Shown in pieces: positions 56,294-64,000 of a DNA stretch of 64,000 nt. The position numbers and the translations under genes were made by a program. Each line of letters begins with the position of its first letter. The first letter of the stretch is position 1. The notes under the pieces are model-generated. The model saw only the letters and a program-made list of their open reading frames with translations. It did not search any database and had not been told where the DNA came from. This stretch comes from Dimorphilus gyrociliatus (taxonomy: Eukaryota > Animalia > Annelida): NCBI GenBank assembly GCA_904063045.1, contig CAJFCJ010000023.1, positions 496,001 through 560,000 on the forward strand, given 5' to 3'.

Positions 56294-57872
56294 GCAATTA
56301 GTAATTGCTGTTAAGAGTGTAAAGTACGGTTCTTGATAATCATTTGAAATCCTGAAAAAATCTTCAAGTATTTTTTACTGCTTGAATTAATTTTTTATAT
56401 ACAAATGAAAATAGAGAAATATAGACATAAAAAATATCTTCTTTACATTCTTACAACATCAGTTTATCTGCTACAAACTTGCCTTTTTTCTTATATTCGT
56501 CCAACAAATAGGATAAAACTTATTAAATACTATTTATATGTTATACGTAATTAAATGAATTTGTATACAAGGCTAATACGTCACGGCTTAAAAAACATAT
56601 TTCTCTTTTCCTTGAAATTTAATACAAACATTTTCCAACACGTTTCTTTGTAAAATACTGAAATATATACTTCATAAAGAATAGTTTACTTATAACAAAG
56701 TACAGTGTATATATAAAAACAAATATATATATATATATATATATACAGTATATATATACAGTATATATAGTATCAAGTACTGACTAATACTTTACATACT
56801 TTGTGCACGACACTCAATATCAACTTTTTTCTTCACGATATTTCAGACAAAAAAACTATCCTCCTTTTCTAAATAGTAGAAAAAACAAATGTAGGTGATT
56901 AATAGCAAAAAACAACTTTTGAAATGCAGCGAAACCTAAACAGGCTTTTGTTTGTATGAAATGTCAAGGTTAGATCGAGAAATTTGTAAATAAATGTGAT
57001 TGGAAATGTTTGAATGAAAACAGGATGCGTAAGTTTTGGAGAAATGATCGATCGTTTTAAAATTAGAGAATTTATTGATATTTATTTCAAAGGTAATAGT
57101 CGATTCCATTTCAATTGAGAATCGGACTCGTTACTGAAAGTTTTCACTAGCAACACGAAAACAAGGATAATTTTTTCGTTTTCTCACTTTTCTTAAAATA
57201 TAAACTAGAGGAAGAACACCTAAACATCATCGATAAATATAACAGAAGATCGGATCAAACAAATAAAAGTATTGTTTACTCGAATCTTTTTCCTGTCCAT
57301 CTCTTATCTATTTCATTCGTGGCTGTTAATTTATTCAAAACTCCACAAAAGGGAAACCTTCCGAGAAAGAATAGAAGGAAAGAAAAGAAGATTAGGATAA
57401 AGGCAAGAAAATAAGACAGCAAAAAAAGAGAGAGAAAGAAAAATAGCATCGTTTTACTTACAAAAGCAAAAGTTTACCTGCATAAATTTACAGGAGAGAA
57501 GTTGATTATAATTTCGATCATATTGAATACATTTTAATATTTGCTTAACATGTTACTGATTTAATCAGTTAAGTTAGAGAAGTTAAAGTACAGGGTGTTA
57601 TTCAATTTTCTATAAGACACTAGAAAGATCAAAAGAAAGATAATTGTTCTAGGATTAATAAATTTTTATTAAAAAGTGGATTATCATTAATACTGGTAAT
57701 ATTTTCAAATATATCGTAAGAAGAAAATATTGCTTAAGATTTTTCTTTTAATTAAGTTTAGTCGTCTCCTTGGCATTGGCCAGAAAATATTGGTTTTTTA
57801 AAGGCTAAAAATCCCTTTATTCGAGCATTGTGTGTCGAAAAAAATTCAACACAGCCGTCGAAACATTATCTA

Positions 57873-60800
57873 ATGTTTCTGCTAATCCAAATTTTACTTT
57901 TTACTTGTACATTTTGCACTGTTAATGGTAAGTAATTAACTTGAACCGTTTCTTTTTGTTTCTTCTCTTCATTCTCCGTCTTTCTCTTTCTCTTTCACTC
58001 ACTCACTCACTCACTCACTCTCTCTCTCTCTCCCTTTCTTCGTTAAGTTTGTCGTGTAACCGCTGTAAGTCTTTTTTATATATCTCAAAAATTTTGTCAA
58101 CCACACGAAAAAAAGTAAAAAACTTTGTTCATGTTCTTAAACAAACACTTTTGAAATTTGCTTTGCAATCTTTTGCAACCTTCTATTGTAATCAATTATA
58201 TTTTAAGCCTAAGCCTCCTACTCTTTCTTTAAAACATTTTTCCTCTTTTAAAACGTTTATTATTGTTTTTATTTTTTCTTAATTTTTTTCTTTCAACAGC
58301 CGCTGTGAGTTTCTCTTCTGCAAGCCAGAATGTAGCTCTTGACGAACCTATTTTGAATGGAGCTACTATAGGAACTTTTACAGCAAGCGGCGCAACATCC
58401 TATAGTCTTTCCTCCAATCCTAGTGGTAGTTTTGCTATTGTTGCCGCTACTGGACAAGTTACAACTACAACGGATTTGGATTACGAAGATGAAGGCGCCT
58501 CTATTTCCTGTGATGTTACGGCGACCGACGGAGTTAATACTGATGTGTTAAGGATTAATATAGCGGTACTTAGTTTTGTTTTTAGATAATAATTATTGTA
58601 AAGTCCAAAAAAATAATCAAATAGATCAATCCCAAAAATGAATTCGATCCAACCTTTAAAGCTGATAATCAATTCTTACCTGCCTATGACTCGAGTACGG
58701 GTTATCTAATACCCGAAAATTCCGCCATCGGATATGAAATTGCTACTCTTGGGGCAACTGATGACGATGTTGGATTGGATGGTGATTGGACATTTTCCAT
58801 CTCGGGCAGCGGTAAGTAAATATAGAGTTTTATAGCGTATACAGTGATTGTCGTTAACTTGTTATTAATAACGTTCAATAAACTAAATCAAAGGATCTGA
58901 TAAATTCGTTATTGATGCTCAATCCGGAAAAATCTATACAAGTGCAACATTTCAAAGAGATGGTTCAAGCGGAGTAACTTCATACGACATAACTGTGAAA
59001 GTTGAAGACGGTGGTGTTGCCGCCACTGGAGGCGCCAGATCTACAACAAAGACAATTAAAGTTATTCTACTTATTATCATTCTGAGGACAAAATCAATCC
59101 ATTGAATATTTCTTAATTTTTCAATTAGATGGCTATAACGGATGTCAACGACGAAAATCCTACATTTACTTCTGGTATTCATACAGCAAATTTCTTAGAA
59201 ACTGTAGCATCAGGATCTACACTCACCATAACACCCACTTTACTCGTTACCGATGACGATTCCATTGGAACCTATACCTATACGTTTCTCGATGGGAATA
59301 CACCGGCATATTTTACTTTGGACGATGCAGTTCCAAAATCACCAGTTATAAAATTGGCTCAAGTCGTTTGTATTATTTATATACAGTATTATCTAAAATA
59401 AAGTAGATAAGATATGTAAAACTACTATTTCCAACTCTTTAACAGGTAAATCTCGACAAACCACAAAATCATGACGCGAGTTATAGATTAGTTCTACAGG
59501 TTGATGATGGAAATAGTCATACTGCAACAACAGTTATTCTCGTTTCAGTAACACCAGTTAACGAACATACTCCAGTTTTTTCACCTACAACGAACCCCGT
59601 ATCAAAATCTGTTTGTTTTCTCTTGTATACTCAATATAAACGTCCAATATAAAATCTCATATTTCCTAGATTTCTGAAGCTGAAAGTGTTGGATATCTTA
59701 TTCATACTGTTACGAGTACAGATGATGATTACGGTGACGATGGAGTCGTTAAATACGTCGCTGATACAAGTAGATAATTGATTCTTTCTTAGAAAGTTTA
59801 TATATATTGATTGATGCAATGAATGTCTTATTCCAGATCCAAATAATTGGTTTGATGTTGATGAAAATAATGGAGAAGTTAGGCTACGATCAAAAATTGA
59901 TTACGATGCCCTTACTGTTGCAGGAAGAACAGTTGATCTCCTTGTTAGGGTTGAAGATAAAAGTACTACTAGTGTTCGATCGGCTACTTTGACTATCAGT
60001 GTAACTATTACTGATGTTAGTGATGAAGATCCATCCTGTACTCCTGCTAGTTACGATACGACTATTAATGAAAATTTGGCTGTAAATTCGCCTGTTTTAA
60101 CAATAACTTGCTCTGATTCGGATGTATCAGAAAATATTGCATTCTCAATCGACCCTAACACAGATACTAACTCTATATTCCAGATTCACGCAACATCCGG
60201 AGCAATCACAATACAAAACAGTAAGTTTTAATTATTTTTTACTGAGCAATACAAATTTCTGTGAAATAGTAAAAATCAATTTTCATTGATGATTCTTTTA
60301 AAATTAATCTACAGCACCCGACTACGAAACAACTCAGACATTCAGTCTTGGTATTGAGGCTGTAAGTGGTCCTGGAGGGAGTGAAAAAACAGTTGTAGTT
60401 CCAGTTACCATTAATTTAAATCCTTTAAACGATGGACCTCCAGCAATAACGAATGGTCAAGTTACAAGAGCCGAAGATGTTGCGGTTGGAGAAAAAATTT
60501 TTCAGTTCTCGGCTAACGATCCTGATAATTCTCCGTCCAACAATCCTCATGACGTTACCTCATATCGGATCGATAGCGTAGACAATTCTGGAACTGCAAA
60601 ATTTACAATCAATTCAGTTACAGGATGGGTTATAATTGCAGAAAGTTTAGATTACGAAACTGCTACTCTTTATAACATTGTCGTTATAGCTAAGGATGGT
60701 GGTAATTCCGAAAGTACTGCAACTTTAACAGTTACTGTAACAGATGTGAATGACTTTGCTCCTGTATGCAACGAGTATTCTTTAACTGGCACTATTCCGG

Positions 60801-63800
60801 AGGATTCGAGTGTCAACGATCCTGTAGCAGGAACTACTCCCACTTGTAGCGATGCTGACGGAACTACTGATAATAATCAAATCAAGTATGAATTTGCAAC
60901 TCCTTCGGGAAATACAAATGATGCTTTCAACTTGAACCCTTCCACCGGAGCGATAACAGTTAAAACAGTTTCTTCTATTAATTACGAAGGAGGAGCTAGC
61001 TATAGAGACTTTACTCTTACGGTAAACGTTATTGATAAAGCTGGTACGGGATGTTCTGGAAGTTGTAAAACTGCTACTGTAGAAGTTCGAATAACAATCG
61101 AACCTGTTAACGAAGCTGATCCAGTTATTACGAATGCAAATACATATACAGCTAGCATTTCAGAGTCTGCACTTGTTGGCTCAAACGTCGGTCTTCCAGT
61201 TGCCGCTTCCGATGCAGATCAAGGAAGTTTACACGGAACTCTGAGGTAATTTATAAATCAAAATTGTTTATCGTTTTATCCCTACTGTATAGCTAATTGG
61301 TATTAGTATGTGCTCTCCTCCAAAACAGATATGCAATAACTTCAAATGATCAAGGTGACAATAAATTTGGAATTCGTCAAGATGGTCAAATATATGTCGA
61401 AGCTGCTCTTGAACGGGACGGTCTAAGTTTACCTGGAGCAAGAACTTATAACTTAGTTGTGACAGTCGCTGATAATATACCTGCCAGTCAAAGAGCAGCC
61501 ACAACGACCTACGTTATTACAGTTAATGACGCAAACGATAATGCTCCAGTGTTTACTCAAAATATATGGTCCGCTGCATTGAATGAACCGGGAGCTGTAA
61601 ATGATGTTGTTAAAAAGGTGACGGCTACCGACGAAGATGTTGGTACTTTCGGGACCATAGTTTATGAAATAGTTTCCGTAACACCCAGTACACCTGGTCT
61701 GTTTAAAGTCGTCGCTGATGAAATCCAATTGGATAGTCTCTTGGATTACGATACTGGTCACAAAACTTTTTCTTTAATTCTCAGAGCCAAAGATAGCGAT
61801 CCAACGACACCTTTGAGTGCTACGTCCACTTTACAAGTTGTGGTAAATCCAGTTAATGAGAATACTCCTAGTTTTGACCACCCCGCTCAAACGATAGCTG
61901 TTTCGGAGACGAGTGCCCCTGGAGTTATATATACTCTATCAGCATCGGATACAGATAGCGAGGCTGATGGTGCATTGAGATTTTCAATGGTATCACCTAC
62001 AGATTCGACACTCTTTGCAATTGATTCAACTAGTGGGGCTCTTTCAACACTTCAATCGTTAGATTACGAAGCAACCGTTCAGACTTACACCTTGGTTTTG
62101 AGAGTTTCAGATAACTATGGCAATACGGGAAATCTAAATGCTCAAATTACGTTTACAATCAATGTTCAAGATGAAAATGATAATTTTCCAACTTTCGCTC
62201 AAACCGTCTACACATTAAATATTGACGAATCTTTTGCTGCTAATACACTAGTTCCGTCTGGTACAATTACTGCCACGGATGCAGATAGCGGTGCCAATGC
62301 TGCTTTGACGTATTCTATTTACGGCGGAACCGGTCAGACTAGTTTTGTAATAAACGCTGCTACTGGCGCAATTTCGACTGCAGCCTCTCCCGGCTTGGAT
62401 CATGAAAATAGACAGATTCACGCATTATTAATTCGAGCTGTGGATGGTGGTACTCCTGCTAAAACAGGTCAAACAGTCGTTAATATTAACGTGAACGATG
62501 TTAATGACAATACACCCGAATTCTTACCGAACAACCTCCAAGCATCTGTAGATGAAAATTCAGCAGCTGTTACAGACATTGTTACGGTAACAACTTTTTC
62601 TTTTGGAATTTTTTCTCTTTGAACTTTTTCTAATAATTTTTCTTTGAACTATTACCAGTTAACGCTAAGAGATTTGGATTTAACTGGGATAAATATTCAA
62701 CAAGCCGTTTCTATAACAACAAATCCATCATCAAGATTTCAAATATCTTATACACCTTCTGCTGTACAAACTACTTATCCAATTTTACAAACAGCCGTTA
62801 GCCTTAACAGAGAAGTACAATCAACGTAATAAAGACATATATATATATATATATATTCACATAATATACACTGTATGATCAAATTAAATTTGCTACTTTT
62901 ACTTTAATATAGGTATGTTGTGGTTATAGAAGCAGTAGATACCGGAACTAATCCTTCAGCTTTAACTGGAACAGTATCCGTTACCGTAACGGTCAACGAT
63001 ATTAATGATAATACACCAGTGATTACTAGTACAGGTCATACTGTGAGCGTTTACGAAAATACAACTATTGGCTCTGTTATTATTGATGTGGACGCTACCG
63101 ATAGCGATACTGGAGATAATGCTGCATTGACCTACACAATAGCTTCCGGAGATGCTTTAGGGCATTTCATGATTGACGCCGGCACAGGAATATTAAGTTT
63201 AAAGACATCGCTAAATTACGAAGCAAATATAGTACACAATCCAGTAGTTGTTGTTTCCGATAGAGGAAGCCCATCGCTTTCAGTAACTGTAACTTTAACT
63301 GTAAGCGTTGTGGATAATAACGATAACTCACCACAAATACCCTCTACTTATACATTCAATATTGCCGAAAACGCTCCAATCGATACAAGGATCGGTCAAA
63401 TAGCAGCAACGGATGCTGACTCGAATAATAATGCAGCAATTCAATACCAAATCGTCTCAACTGTCTCAGGACCAGCTGACAGTTTTCGAATAGATATCTG
63501 TAAGGGACTTTTCATAGGAAATTCTCCTAAATCTTTATCTTTAATTACGACTAACAGCAAACTGTTAAAAGGGTTTTTTTTAATGTTTAAACAGCCAGCG
63601 GTGCCATATTCACAAAAACTATCAATTTGAATAGAGAAGGAGTTAGCACCTATAAATTATTGTGCAGAGCAACTGATGGTGGAAGTCCACCGCTTCATTC
63701 CGATACAATTGTTACTATCAACTTGCTGGATGAAAATGATAATAAGCCAGTATTTACGAAAAGCAATCACAAGGTCAATCTGGTAGAGCATACGAAACCG

Positions 63801-63924
63801 GGAGTGTTTCTAGTACAAATAGAAGCAACCGATTATGATCAAAGTGTAAATGCTAAACTAATTTTTTATATTGATCCGTTGAATAACGTTTCAAATTCAT
63901 TTTTCGAAATTGACGCCATTTCAG
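57873..63924 (+). CDS. Large non-classical cadherin (Fat/cadherin-23-like), 5' part: ~1611 aa, 14 complete EC repeats plus a partial one. Exons 57873-57927, 58300-58565, 58625-58811, 58894-59060, 59129-59365, 59446-59610, 59670-59769, 59837-60220, 60315-61245, 61329-62586, 62659-62825, 62913-63499, 63595-63924; continues past the window
   Basis: Signal peptide MFLLIQILLFTCTFCTVNA. Repeated LDYE/LDRE, AxDxD and DxNDNxP cadherin motifs. All 13 exons join in frame with GT-AG sites. The 59365 donor could alternatively be 59362. Confidence 0.95.
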
Positions 63925-64000
63925 GTAAGTCTATGAATATTGAAATATCTATAAAATCTATATACGTCATATATTGATCGATATATAATATGCATAATGT

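Noticed and set aside
57044-57092. ATG...AAAG|gtaata as an alternative phase-1 first exon for the cadherin
   Set aside because: It encodes no signal peptide, whereas 57873-57927 gives a clean signal peptide and a stronger donor.

Overview
AT-rich (roughly 70% by eye) eukaryotic animal DNA. Most introns are only 56-120 nt, which suggests a compact lophotrochozoan genome such as the annelid Dimorphilus; this is an inference, not a species call. Seven protein-coding genes were rebuilt by hand from splice sites and reading frame: (1) the first three exons of an STK32/YANK kinase (minus strand, running off the left edge), head-to-head with (2) a complete CPEB2/3/4 (Orb2-like) gene with two uORFs, multi-kb introns and an isolated 51-nt symmetric exon. 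After an ~11 kb gene-free stretch come (3) a miniature plakin (degenerate plakin/SH3 domain plus ~4 plectin repeats), (4) a tetraspanin, (5) an orphan Cys/His-rich protein (minus), (6) a predicted GPI-anchored 4-Ig protein with an internal V-C2 duplication, and (7) the 5' part of a large non-classical cadherin (14 or more EC repeats) running off the right edge. Non-coding highlights: an ETS-CRE composite plus E-box just upstream of the CPEB RRM exon, several strong CTCF-like sites, and a recurrent ATACWGTAT palindrome inside TA tracts. No tRNA, rRNA, CRISPR array or recognisable transposase was seen. All family calls are by eye, without database searches.
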